Part shown: one piece after another, positions 16,027 to 24,200 of the stretch
Numbering within the stretch: position 1 is the first letter of the stretch
Layout: every line of letters starts with the position of its first letter
Virus record (IMG/VR): IMGVR_UViG_3300032561_000122
Coordinates: 1 to 24,462 of that record
Direction: 5' to 3' (one strand)
DNA from: a virus
Taxonomy: Duplodnaviria > Caudoviricetes
DNA length: 24,462 bases
Position numbers and translations under genes: made by a program
Notes under the pieces: generated by a model
Told to the model about the DNA's origin: nothing
Seen by the model: the letters and a program-made list of their open reading frames with translations, nothing else
Databases searched by the model: none

Positions 16027-16295
16027 TATGGTGTAATGATAAAACTGCTACTACTGACTCGATAAACCATTGTTGACTTTGTAAAGTATCCAAACAACAA
16101 ATTAATATCATAATTATCGGGTGATCCAATGATAGGACGGCTGACAATTAAATTGCCAAAAGTATCATAGATAGAAAAAAAATATCTTGGCCCTGCGGCA
16201 TTCCATGTGCAAATACAAACATAAGTAACCCCATCCAAAGTTGGATTAAATTGAAAATTTGCTAATGGCGATGGATTAAAAAGAATGGTTGTCAT
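16026..16295 (-). CDS. small baseplate protein (plug-like)
   Basis: 89 aa with a F..TLDG.....WN....RYF pattern; stop/start overlaps on both sides. Confidence 0.65.
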   Translation of the reverse strand: MTTILFNPSPLANFQFNPTLDGVTYVCICTWNAAGPRYFFSIYDTFGNLIVSRPIIGSPDNYDINLLFGYFTKSTMVYRVSSSSFIITP

Positions 16296-16930
16296 TATTC
16301 ATACCATCCTAATTTGTAATTTGGTGCGGTACTATTCCAGCTCAATGCTGTTGGTGTAGGTAATCCATTTTGAAATTTATTCATTAAATTACCCAAAACT
16401 TGTTGAGCACCTTGTTGCGTTATCAATGGCTGAGTGAAATCCCATTGATACAAAAATTGAACCTGTTTATCGCTTGATGTACTTACATCACGAATACCTG
16501 TTAGTAAGCAATTTGTGAAAGTGTAAGCAGGTGTTAAAACTGTAAATGTTCCACCTGTCAAAATGTGCGTGTCCAATTGGCTTTTTAAAGCTGTAAAAAT
16601 TGAATTTTTAGTAACATAACCACCATTGTTTTGTGCGGGAGCTATCATTACCAAACTAATTTTTAAAGGCATTTGAATGACCGCATTAGCCGCCATTGTT
16701 AGGCTTGCAAAAGGATATTCAGCAATTTGCCATTCTTCAAGACTACCGCCAGACATAACTCTATATTCGGCAAAGTATTGCCCTGTACTGCTAAACGAAT
16801 TGCTCAGTTGTTCAGTTAAATTGACAATAGGCAAAATATTATTTGGATAATTTGCGGCTATTCCATTATTCAAAATAATGGGAGAAATTTCATAATTGTA
16901 TGAAAAATTAACTTGAGCTGAACTTAACAT
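16295..16930 (-). CDS. tail tube initiator / Dit-like protein
   Basis: Directly follows the tape measure; YPF....AN..IQ.P and TFTVLTP....NCLL pattern. Confidence 0.65.
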   Translation of the reverse strand: MLSSAQVNFSYNYEISPIILNNGIAANYPNNILPIVNLTEQLSNSFSSTGQYFAEYRVMSGGSLEEWQIAEYPFASLTMAANAVIQMPLKISLVMIAPAQNNGGYVTKNSIFTALKSQLDTHILTGGTFTVLTPAYTFTNCLLTGIRDVSTSSDKQVQFLYQWDFTQPLITQQGAQQVLGNLMNKFQNGLPTPTALSWNSTAPNYKLGWYE

Positions 16931-18474
16931 TACGACCCTTTACTGGCATTGGGTAGACTTGCGGCAGTCGCAACAGCATTTCCACCGGTGTTATTGTTAA
17001 TCATAACTTTAATTTCATTGGCTGAATATTTGGATTTTCCGCTTTCAACCTTAGAAATTACCGCCAACAATGAAGACAAAACATTTGGATCTTGTAAATT
17101 TAAATGCTCAGTTGCTTTACGTCCGGTTTGTTGCTCAACAGCTCTAATGTAGGCTTTGGTGTCGTTTTCATTTTTAGGCGCATAAAGACTAATAATGTCT
17201 TGAATGGTATCTAATTTTTTGTACCCTGCGGCCTTTGATTTTCCAGTTGCATATAAAGTCAACTGTTCCGCCAAGGCTTTAAAACCTTCTCTGTCAGATG
17301 CAAATTTTGCAAAACCACCCTCACCTTGGGTTGCTCCTGCTTGTCCAACATAGCGAAGATTTCCGGGGTTAAAGTTTCTTTCAGCTAAAGATTCACCACC
17401 AAAAAACTGTCGAACAGCTCCTTTGGTACGTTCCCATTTTTGAGTACCTTCTTTTTCTTCTTTTGTTTGCGTTAGACCAAAAAATCCGGTAATGTTTTCA
17501 ACAATGGTAGCCATGCCTTTTAGGGCATCTAAAAAATAACTAATATCTTCTTTTAATTCATCGACTTTTAAATTAGTCAAAAAATCCTTGACCATTTCAC
17601 CAACGGCTGATGAAAATTCAATTAATTTAGGAATTAATGGCTCTAAATTTTTTATTAACGATGTTTCTAATACTTGACCAACTTTTTTCAATTGAACTAA
17701 AAAATCTTGCCATTCACGATTAACAGCATCAGTAGTTTCTAATTCTTTTGCATCTTTTTGATTTTTAGCAATTGCTTGATCTAATTCTTCTGCTTTTAAA
17801 GACGATAGCCGTCTTAAATCTTCAAGGCTAAATATTTGAGTTAACCCTGTGGCTTCAGCATATTGTTGAGTTTGTCCACCGGCTTTAAATTGAGCAACAG
17901 CACCTTTAATGATGCTTGGCAACATATCAATTGGGTTTTGACCTGCTTGGCCACCCAATCTGCCTAAAATTGATTGTCGGCTTAAATCGCTTCTAACATC
18001 AGCAATATTTGACAATACTTGTGTTGGATCAAAATAACGACCAAAGTTTGTTTCTGTAGCTCTTAGTTGACCAGTAGAAACGCCCAAACCCTGCGCTTGC
18101 CTTCTGTAATCACTAGCACTACCTGCAACTCCTGCCAAGCCAAAACCGCCACCAATAGCGCCCAATGTAGCCCATTTAGCGATGGATACTGCGCCACTAG
18201 CAAGATTGCGAGCAATGTTGGCTGTTGTATAACTTAATTCTTTAAAAACAACTAAATTGTCCTTTGATATTTTTTCAAAGTTTTTTAGTTGAGTGACTAG
18301 ATCTTTAACGCCCTTGATTTGAGCGTCTACCTGTTTGGTCATTTTTTGTGACCAAGGCAAAGGGTCTATTTTCTTTAAGCCTTCAACGGACGATCTAAAT
18401 TTGGCAAAGTCTTTCGCAAACGCTTGAAACTTTTCATCTAATACATCTATTTCAATAACTGATTTGGTTGCCAT
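16930..18474 (-). CDS. short tape measure protein with C-terminal lysozyme-like (RNxNPGNL) domain
   Basis: Helical N-terminal two-thirds, downstream of the chaperone. The C-terminus reads RNFNPGNLR...FAKF...G..AL...YAP..ENDT.AY. Confidence 0.82.
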   Translation of the reverse strand: MATKSVIEIDVLDEKFQAFAKDFAKFRSSVEGLKKIDPLPWSQKMTKQVDAQIKGVKDLVTQLKNFEKISKDNLVVFKELSYTTANIARNLASGAVSIAKWATLGAIGGGFGLAGVAGSASDYRRQAQGLGVSTGQLRATETNFGRYFDPTQVLSNIADVRSDLSRQSILGRLGGQAGQNPIDMLPSIIKGAVAQFKAGGQTQQYAEATGLTQIFSLEDLRRLSSLKAEELDQAIAKNQKDAKELETTDAVNREWQDFLVQLKKVGQVLETSLIKNLEPLIPKLIEFSSAVGEMVKDFLTNLKVDELKEDISYFLDALKGMATIVENITGFFGLTQTKEEKEGTQKWERTKGAVRQFFGGESLAERNFNPGNLRYVGQAGATQGEGGFAKFASDREGFKALAEQLTLYATGKSKAAGYKKLDTIQDIISLYAPKNENDTKAYIRAVEQQTGRKATEHLNLQDPNVLSSLLAVISKVESGKSKYSANEIKVMINNNTGGNAVATAASLPNASKGS

Positions 18475-18483
18475 TATTTACTC

Positions 18484-18819
18484 TTAGAAGATTGATTTTT
18501 TTTCAATTGCTTGGATTAAATGCCTTTGACGATAATGTTGTGCATCTATCCACTTACCGCCATTTTCTTTTATAAACTCATAAAAACCCTCATTGCTTAA
18601 ATAGTCTAGGAGATAAGCGATGATTCCGTTACTTTCTTTCCAGTAACATCTGTTTTGGTCAATGTCGGCAAACCAGTTTGATACGCCATACAGTCCAAGG
18701 ATGTAACTACCCAATGCCGTAAATTCCCCGCCATTTCTAAAAAAGAAACTCTGAAGTCCCTTGGAGCGACCTTGGATATTGCAGTAAAAAAAACGAGAGA
18801 ACTCATTACCTCCGCTTCT
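18484..18819 (-). CDS. -1 frame extension of the chaperone (gpGT-like; fused product ~235 aa)
   Basis: The -1 frame is open from just after TGA 18822-18820 to TAA 18484. In-phase heptamers T_TTT_TTT (18792-18786) and T_TTT_TTA (18744-18738) lie in the overlap. Confidence 0.65.
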   Translation of the reverse strand, partial: RSGGNEFSRFFYCNIQGRSKGLQSFFFRNGGEFTALGSYILGLYGVSNWFADIDQNRCYWKESNGIIAYLLDYLSNEGFYEFIKENGGKWIDAQHYRQRHLIQAIEKKSIF

Positions 18820-19190
18820 TCATCTTCGTCAATGATTCCACGTTTAATTGCCAAATCAAATGGCAATGTCTCCCACCCTTTTTCACCACAATAAATGACG
18901 TTAGTCAATCTAATGATTTCATTGATTAAACCAAACTTAACTCCACTTGGGCCGTCCCATGTGCCAGACTGAGTTGCAATTGATTTCAATGAAGGATAAG
19001 CAAGCCTTGGTGCGGATAAGGCAACATGGCTTGGATTATCACTTTCAAAACATTGACTAAAGACTTTTCCAAGCTCTAGATAAAATTGTTCAAAAATCTC
19101 ACGACTAACAGCGGTTGAGTGAATGTGTACTGTTCCGTAGTCTGTCGTTTGAATTTGCACCACTAAATTCAAATTTTTGTTAATTTTCAA
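18606..19190 (-). CDS. tail assembly chaperone (gpG-like), TTG start
   Basis: Lies between tube and tape measure, with an AGGAG SD before the TTG. Confidence 0.78.
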   Translation of the reverse strand: MKINKNLNLVVQIQTTDYGTVHIHSTAVSREIFEQFYLELGKVFSQCFESDNPSHVALSAPRLAYPSLKSIATQSGTWDGPSGVKFGLINEIIRLTNVIYCGEKGWETLPFDLAIKRGIIDEDEEAEVMSSLVFFTAISKVAPRDFRVSFLEMAGNLRHWVVTSLDCMAYQTGLPTLTKTDVTGKKVTESSLIS

Positions 19191-19192
19191 AT

Positions 19193-19639
19193 CTATGCTC
19201 CTGCGGCAAATAACTCAGCATTAATAGAGTAAACACCACGCAAGCGAACAACTAAACCGGCTTGTGTTCCATCAAAAGCAACTTCTTGAATGCTTTGTAA
19301 AACACAATTGTTCAGTTGGAATGGAGATAAAGTAACTGTATCGGGATAAATCGTAACTGATCCCAATGTAGTGTTTAGCTCAATTTGTTGCTTGTATGCG
19401 TTAGCCAATGCTTGTGTTCTGACCAAATGCATTGTGACTGTTCCATAAATATATGGTTCAGGGCTTGTGACCGCACCAGTTAAGGTGTTAATCAGCAATG
19501 CAGTATCGCCATCAAATGCCAAGCTAATCGCTTCTTTAGAAAGATATGATGCTGTAACATTTAAGTTTTGATAGTCAGCATAAAACACACTAGCAAGTAG
19601 TCTGTTTAACGTGCCTTGTACAACTTGTGGATTTGCCAT
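19193..19639 (-). CDS. tail tube protein
   Basis: 148 aa, beta-rich, directly after the sheath; strong AAGGAG SD. Confidence 0.75.
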   Translation of the reverse strand: MANPQVVQGTLNRLLASVFYADYQNLNVTASYLSKEAISLAFDGDTALLINTLTGAVTSPEPYIYGTVTMHLVRTQALANAYKQQIELNTTLGSVTIYPDTVTLSPFQLNNCVLQSIQEVAFDGTQAGLVVRLRGVYSINAELFAAGA

Positions 19640-19649
19640 TCTTTACTCC

Positions 19650-20969
19650 TTATGTTGGGATATTACTTGCTGTCAAGTAAATAGTGATTGAGGAGAATCC
19701 ACGTTGGGGGACAAACGTCAAACTCAATCCCTTGTAAATACCTGCGGCATAATCGCTAGGATTCTGTGTCACATAAGTATTGAATGGAATTGCACCAACA
19801 GACGCAGGACTTAAAATCAATCCAAAAGCAATACCATTGTTTGTAGTCGCTTGAGCAACTTTTTGCAATGCATTGATACCGGCTTGATTGTAATAAAGCG
19901 GATTAGTGGATGAATTGCTTCCATTAATGATTGCGGCGGCTAAACTAATTGCCACATTGATTGCAAGCCAATCAACTGCATACCAATAATTGAATGTGTT
20001 CAAATCCATGAACGTACCACCCTCAATCAAAGTTTGACTGATTTGGCCTTGAGCACCTGTGTAAATGTAATTTACACCTGCGGCAAGCAATGAGGTTTGT
20101 TGTGAATTTGTTAATGTGCTGTATGGAGTAACACCATAAACAAAACTATATTCAAGAGGACTTGCCAAGTTACTTGCGTTGGGATCGTAACTTAATGTAG
20201 TCCAGAAAATAGCGGCGGCATCAAATTCAGTAACTGGTGCAGTTGGCGTTTGAAGCGTTGCAAAAACTGATTTAAGACCTGCCCATGTTGTATAGGTTGC
20301 AAGCGTTGTTGTAACATAGAAATATGTTTGAGCTGTAGTGCTTGTGTACTGATTAGCCATTGTGACGGCTGTTGGTTCAGTATTCCAAGTTTGAGGCAAC
20401 AAATAACTATAGAACTTAAATGTCGATGTTGTAATAAACGATTCAAGAGCTGTTACACCTGCGGCTGGCGTTCCAACACCTAATTCCAATACATAAACTG
20501 GAGTAGTAGCGCCTTGAGCAAAGAATGTTGTTCCCATTGCCAAAAGTTCTTGAGAGTCTTCCAAAGAAAACAAACTCGTTGAAACAATTGTTGCACTTCC
20601 GGGATTGCTTGCAAGAGCGTAAGTTAAAGTATATGTACCAGTTGAAGTTACGCTAAAAGTTCCGTTGTAAGCATTATTTGTGCTACCTGAAACTAAAACG
20701 CCTGAGACAATACCTTCAATTACGTTTCCAGTTGGGATTCCGTGAGCTGTAGAGGTGGTAACGGTTACAACAGAGGATGCCCAAGAAACACTACTAATTG
20801 CATTACCTGATTTTAAAATTGTGGTCAAATCAGATAATTGAGTTAGCAGTTGATATGTACCTGTCGATAAGGTTGTTGCACCTTGAGATACAAAAGCACC
20901 TGTTTGTTGCAACTTTGATGGCGCACTCGCCACCTGTTGCTTAACGATGACATTTACAATATTAGGCAT
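19650..20969 (-). CDS. tail sheath protein with an inserted beta domain
   Basis: 439 aa with an AAGGAGG SD. C-terminal WYAVDWL...PLYYNQAGI pattern; sits before the tube in a locus that also has a baseplate. Confidence 0.75.
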   Translation of the reverse strand: MPNIVNVIVKQQVASAPSKLQQTGAFVSQGATTLSTGTYQLLTQLSDLTTILKSGNAISSVSWASSVVTVTTSTAHGIPTGNVIEGIVSGVLVSGSTNNAYNGTFSVTSTGTYTLTYALASNPGSATIVSTSLFSLEDSQELLAMGTTFFAQGATTPVYVLELGVGTPAAGVTALESFITTSTFKFYSYLLPQTWNTEPTAVTMANQYTSTTAQTYFYVTTTLATYTTWAGLKSVFATLQTPTAPVTEFDAAAIFWTTLSYDPNASNLASPLEYSFVYGVTPYSTLTNSQQTSLLAAGVNYIYTGAQGQISQTLIEGGTFMDLNTFNYWYAVDWLAINVAISLAAAIINGSNSSTNPLYYNQAGINALQKVAQATTNNGIAFGLILSPASVGAIPFNTYVTQNPSDYAAGIYKGLSLTFVPQRGFSSITIYLTASNIPT

Positions 20970-20978
20970 GATGCCTCC

Positions 20979-21299
20979 TTAAGCGAAACTGATAGACGCA
21001 ACCATTGAAGTGCCGGGAACAAACACAATTCCAGTCAAGCATGGGAAATTGATAAAGTATGTTCCTACTGCTTCGGGAACAACTGCGACTAATTTTGTTG
21101 CGCCAATTGTTCCAGATGCTGATGAATCATAAATTGCGCCATTAGTGCTACCTGCTGTAGTCACGTTAACTTGGCAAACATAACCTCTTGATCCTTTGAC
21201 CAAAGTGGTTGCTGAAAGATTGAGTGCATTTTTGATACCGCCAGTTGTTGTTGATACTTGTGCATTGATAACTGCTGGTTGATTTGCTCCGACTGCCAT
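20979..21299 (-). CDS. small beta-rich virion (decoration-like) protein
   Basis: 106 aa with an AAGGAG SD preceded by a U-rich tract; lies between the neck genes and the sheath. Confidence 0.65.
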   Translation of the reverse strand: MAVGANQPAVINAQVSTTTGGIKNALNLSATTLVKGSRGYVCQVNVTTAGSTNGAIYDSSASGTIGATKLVAVVPEAVGTYFINFPCLTGIVFVPGTSMVASISFA

Positions 21300-21336
21300 G
21301 ATAAAGCTCCTTAAAATTCAAAAAAAGAAAAAAAAA

Positions 21337-22329
21337 TTACACAGGGGTCAACGAAATAAATGCTTCTTCAATTAGCTTTCGGGCAATATTATTAACAGTT
21401 GTCTGGTAATAACTTACTTCAAAAGTAATCATTTTCTTCATTGCAATAATACCAAATTCAGGCTGAGTGACCTTTTCATCTTGAATGATTGGCATATTCA
21501 TCATACCGATATTATCAGTATTCATGCTATATTGGAACACATAATTGACAAAATTTAAAGCGTCATGGTTTCGTAAACCAAAGATGCTGATTTTGACTGT
21601 ATCTTTGGTTAATTGATATGGATTTGATTCGTAATCCAACAATGGAAATTGCTGTAATGCAGTTGTTGATGAAGGAGATATATCGACAGAAGCATAAGGA
21701 GGAGCTACGTTTTGTCCAACCAAATAACTTGGATACATTGGAAAAAATTGATTCAATGTCAGCCAAATTGGTAAACTATTAGAAACAACAGGTGTAATAG
21801 TATCAAAATCAGTCATTGAGTTGATGAGTTGTGTATTCATAATCGAATACAAAGAGTCACCACGATAATGATAAAGATCTGCTTGCTTGTAATAGTTCTC
21901 TCTGCGACTAAATGCAAATTTTAATTCTTGATATGAAGCTACATATATTAAATTTGGACTTACGAGGTTGAAATCTTGAATTAGTTGAGGAGAAGTAAAA
22001 ATAACATGGTTGTAAGCAGTTGTTCTTTCTTCCAACTGATGCATCACAGTATTAAAGTGAAAACTTCCATTTACTCTTACTTGTTTTGCAGGAATAGGGT
22101 TTGCGCCTTTGTTATTAAATTCTGAATAGTTATATTGAGCGGCATTGTAAATAGCTGTGTCGTTTAAAAGACTAGCATTGACCCAATATACATAACCATC
22201 GATTGGAAGTATTAGTTTTACATAAAGAGTAAACGTAACTGTTTCATTGCCTGAAATCGTGTGTAGACCATCAGCTAAACCAGAGCCTAATTGGGTCTTT
22301 GCGCCTATTGTTTCTTCTACTGATGCCAT
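21337..22329 (-). CDS. head-closure / tail-completion protein, 330 aa
   Basis: Position in the neck cluster. The length suggests two domains; function is inferred from gene order only. Confidence 0.55.
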   Translation of the reverse strand: MASVEETIGAKTQLGSGLADGLHTISGNETVTFTLYVKLILPIDGYVYWVNASLLNDTAIYNAAQYNYSEFNNKGANPIPAKQVRVNGSFHFNTVMHQLEERTTAYNHVIFTSPQLIQDFNLVSPNLIYVASYQELKFAFSRRENYYKQADLYHYRGDSLYSIMNTQLINSMTDFDTITPVVSNSLPIWLTLNQFFPMYPSYLVGQNVAPPYASVDISPSSTTALQQFPLLDYESNPYQLTKDTVKISIFGLRNHDALNFVNYVFQYSMNTDNIGMMNMPIIQDEKVTQPEFGIIAMKKMITFEVSYYQTTVNNIARKLIEEAFISLTPV

Positions 22330-22736
22330 TAGTCAACCCATGACTTAAAAGAGGCTTGCAACACACCAGAATCAATGAATGAAGGTCTTCTTGGCCCTAC
22401 TTTTCTTTTGAATCTAATACTTTTACCCATTAAGGCGGCTTTAGTAGGTACACCTTCAACACCTAATTTAGCCATTTCTTCAATGTCGAGAAAATGTCTA
22501 AAGTCTTTATCGATAGCACTTTCAGCAGATGCAAAAGGATTTTTAACTTTACCGCCTTGCAATACAGTTTCTAAAGCTCCTGCTACGCTATCAGTCAAAT
22601 GTGATGAAATGTTTTTAATATTGCTCTCAGCAAATTTTGAAAACAAACCATACTTTTCTTCTAGAATCATTGCCACGCCATAGGTAGTATTACCTTCGGG
22701 TTCTGGAACGTCAATGACACCCAAATGCAATTTCAT
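22329..22736 (-). CDS. neck / tail-completion protein
   Basis: Start moved to ATG 22736 (ATGA overlap). VAMILE and P..FIDSG.L..S patterns are typical of neck proteins. Confidence 0.65.
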   Translation of the reverse strand: MKLHLGVIDVPEPEGNTTYGVAMILEEKYGLFSKFAESNIKNISSHLTDSVAGALETVLQGGKVKNPFASAESAIDKDFRHFLDIEEMAKLGVEGVPTKAALMGKSIRFKRKVGPRRPSFIDSGVLQASFKSWVD

Positions 22737-23191
22737 GTAAGACCCCAAAGCGTACCAATAGATTGCATAAATCCCAATGCAGTTCTGCCGTATGGGTCTT
22801 TTATTCTTTGTAAATCCATCATGGATAAGTTTTGCAATCCATGACCAATGGTAAGAGATTCGCTTGTTGAAACATCAGATGCACTATTAATTACACCTGC
22901 TGTGAAATTGTTGATGCCGTAGGCGTTTCGAGCTGTAGCAAAGAAATTTTGACCTGGCTGATCTTGTTGAAATTGCAACAATTGAGAACCTGCCCAGTTA
23001 TAAACAGTCAACGTATAAATGTCAGGTACTGTTGATGCAAAATCTTGCGGTACAACATCTAAGGCAATGTTGAAAGCATAGTTATATCCAACATCAGTTG
23101 GCGGTATAACAATTGAAGTTAACCCCATCACCGCTTGCGCCCAAGCAATGAAACCTGCTAATGTGGGAGGATTAGTAATGGGGTCACTCAT
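22733..23191 (-). CDS. head-tail adaptor-like protein
   Basis: 152 aa with a C-terminal PYGR motif; first of the neck genes. Confidence 0.65.
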   Translation of the reverse strand: MSDPITNPPTLAGFIAWAQAVMGLTSIVIPPTDVGYNYAFNIALDVVPQDFASTVPDIYTLTVYNWAGSQLLQFQQDQPGQNFFATARNAYGINNFTAGVINSASDVSTSESLTIGHGLQNLSMMDLQRIKDPYGRTALGFMQSIGTLWGLT

Positions 23192-23203
23192 AATTTCATT
23201 CTA

Positions 23204-23716
23204 TCAAGATTTTCTTGGTCTGCCACGACTTTTCATTGGAGATAAACCTTCTTTGACAACTTCAATAGTTTGTTCAAATTTAGGCTCTGTATCTGCCAAA
23301 TTTTTCTTTTCTTCAACCACTTCAACTTCTAAACCTGATTTGGTTTTTAAACCCAATTCTTGTGCTTTTTCTGAAATGATCTTGTCAGACACCACAGCAG
23401 TTATTTTTCTAGCCTCTAAAGCCTGTTCAATGGCTTCTTGATCCTTTTGTGAAAGACCTTGTTCGATGGCATTGACATTGATTGGCTTGTCAATTCGATA
23501 AGTCAAACCACCAAAACCTTTTTTTATGCTTTCAACAGGTTGCATTCCATAAATGCTATGCTGTTTGACGATTGCATCAACTTCATCTTTGGAATGATTA
23601 AGTTCGATTTGAGCGCCTGAACGAATATGATGAGAAAACGCTTTTACGTTCTCTGGAAGCATATAAGTAAACAGGAACTCTTGTTTTGTACAGTTAGCGA
23701 CATAAAGTTTCATCAT
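23204..23716 (-). CDS. hypothetical head-region protein with C-terminal AT-hook-like motif
   Basis: 170 aa ending in KSRGRPRKS. Confidence 0.75.
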   Translation of the reverse strand: MMKLYVANCTKQEFLFTYMLPENVKAFSHHIRSGAQIELNHSKDEVDAIVKQHSIYGMQPVESIKKGFGGLTYRIDKPINVNAIEQGLSQKDQEAIEQALEARKITAVVSDKIISEKAQELGLKTKSGLEVEVVEEKKNLADTEPKFEQTIEVVKEGLSPMKSRGRPRKS

Positions 23717-23731
23717 TAAACCTTTTCGGGA

Positions 23732-23813
23732 TGCAAGGACGGATGATGCGGCTTCCTTTTGAGAAACCCCGCCCTTGCAAAATCAAAAGACTCGGCATCA
23801 CACGAGTTTTTTT
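23732..23813 (-). ncRNA. candidate structured cis-RNA (two hairpins joined by a 7-bp loop-bulge pseudoknot)
   Basis: P1 ACUCG/CGAGU with loop UGUGAUGC; P2 UGCAAGGGCGG/CCGUCCUUGCA; P3 GGUUUC/GAAGCC. The bulge GCAUCAU is complementary to the P1 loop segment GUGAUGC. Confidence 0.65.
23785..23813. terminator. bidirectional terminator-like hairpin (P1 of the RNA element)
   Basis: AAAAGACTCG-GCATCACA-CGAGTTTTTTT: a short stem flanked by A and T tracts. Confidence 0.45.
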
Positions 23814-23815
23814 AA

Positions 23816-24130
23816 TTATTGTCCTGTTGTTGCTGGGTCAGCGGCAGGTACAGGTGCAGGTGTAGCATCAGGAGTTACAACAGGTGCATCAGGAGTAGTT
23901 GTCACTACAGGTGCATCAGCAGGTGCTGTAATGGTGGCATCTACTACAGGAGCAGGTGTTGCATCAACAGGAGCAGGATCAACAGCAGGAGTTGCTACAG
24001 GAGCAGGTTCTGCGGCAGGAGCTTCATCAGCAACAGTTGTAGAGCCAAAACCGGAAACATTGGACATAAAATCACGCACTTCTTGCATAAATGATTTTAA
24101 ATCGTCTTCAAGTGTCTTCAATCCAAACAT
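23816..24130 (-). CDS. Pro/Ala/Thr/Asp-rich low-complexity protein, 104 aa
   Basis: Start moved to ATG 24130 (GGAG SD). N-terminal amphipathic helix followed by PAPV/DATP repeats. Confidence 0.7.
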   Translation of the reverse strand: MFGLKTLEDDLKSFMQEVRDFMSNVSGFGSTTVADEAPAAEPAPVATPAVDPAPVDATPAPVVDATITAPADAPVVTTTPDAPVVTPDATPAPVPAADPATTGQ

Positions 24131-24140
24131 TTTTTTCTCC

Positions 24141-24177
24141 AAAGAAAGAAACCCCAAGCCTTGTGAGCGAGGGGTTT
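24141..24177 (-). terminator. intrinsic terminator after the major capsid gene
   Basis: AAACCCC-tcgctcacaaggctt-GGGGTTT followed by CTTTCTTT, beginning ~23 nt after the capsid stop. Confidence 0.75.
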
Positions 24178-24200
24178 AAATTGCAAAGAAACTTCTAACC

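Noticed and set aside
18484-18714. Independent 76-aa gene
   Set aside because: It has a TTG start inside the chaperone gene and is better explained as the -1 extension.
2659-21766. Short alternative-frame minus-strand ORFs nested in structural genes (e.g. 2659-2856, 4095-4352, 13417-13689, 20192-20446)
   Set aside because: They are off-frame by-products of biased codon usage and lie almost entirely within well-supported genes.
23732-23779. Hammerhead ribozyme (plus-strand 'ATGATGC...GAAAC')
   Set aside because: The core should be CUGANGA, here AUGAUGC. The GAAA falls within a stem arm, there is no stem III or cleavage triplet, and the wobble pairs favour the opposite strand.
23830-24030. 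CRISPR-like array
   Set aside because: The repeats are short, degenerate and in coding phase, with no unique spacers.
402-24179. Plus-strand ORFs in the track (e.g. 4746-5210, 9669-9983, 22375-22683, 23775-24179)
   Set aside because: They are antisense shadows of Gly/Thr/Ala-rich minus-strand genes, with no recognisable motifs.
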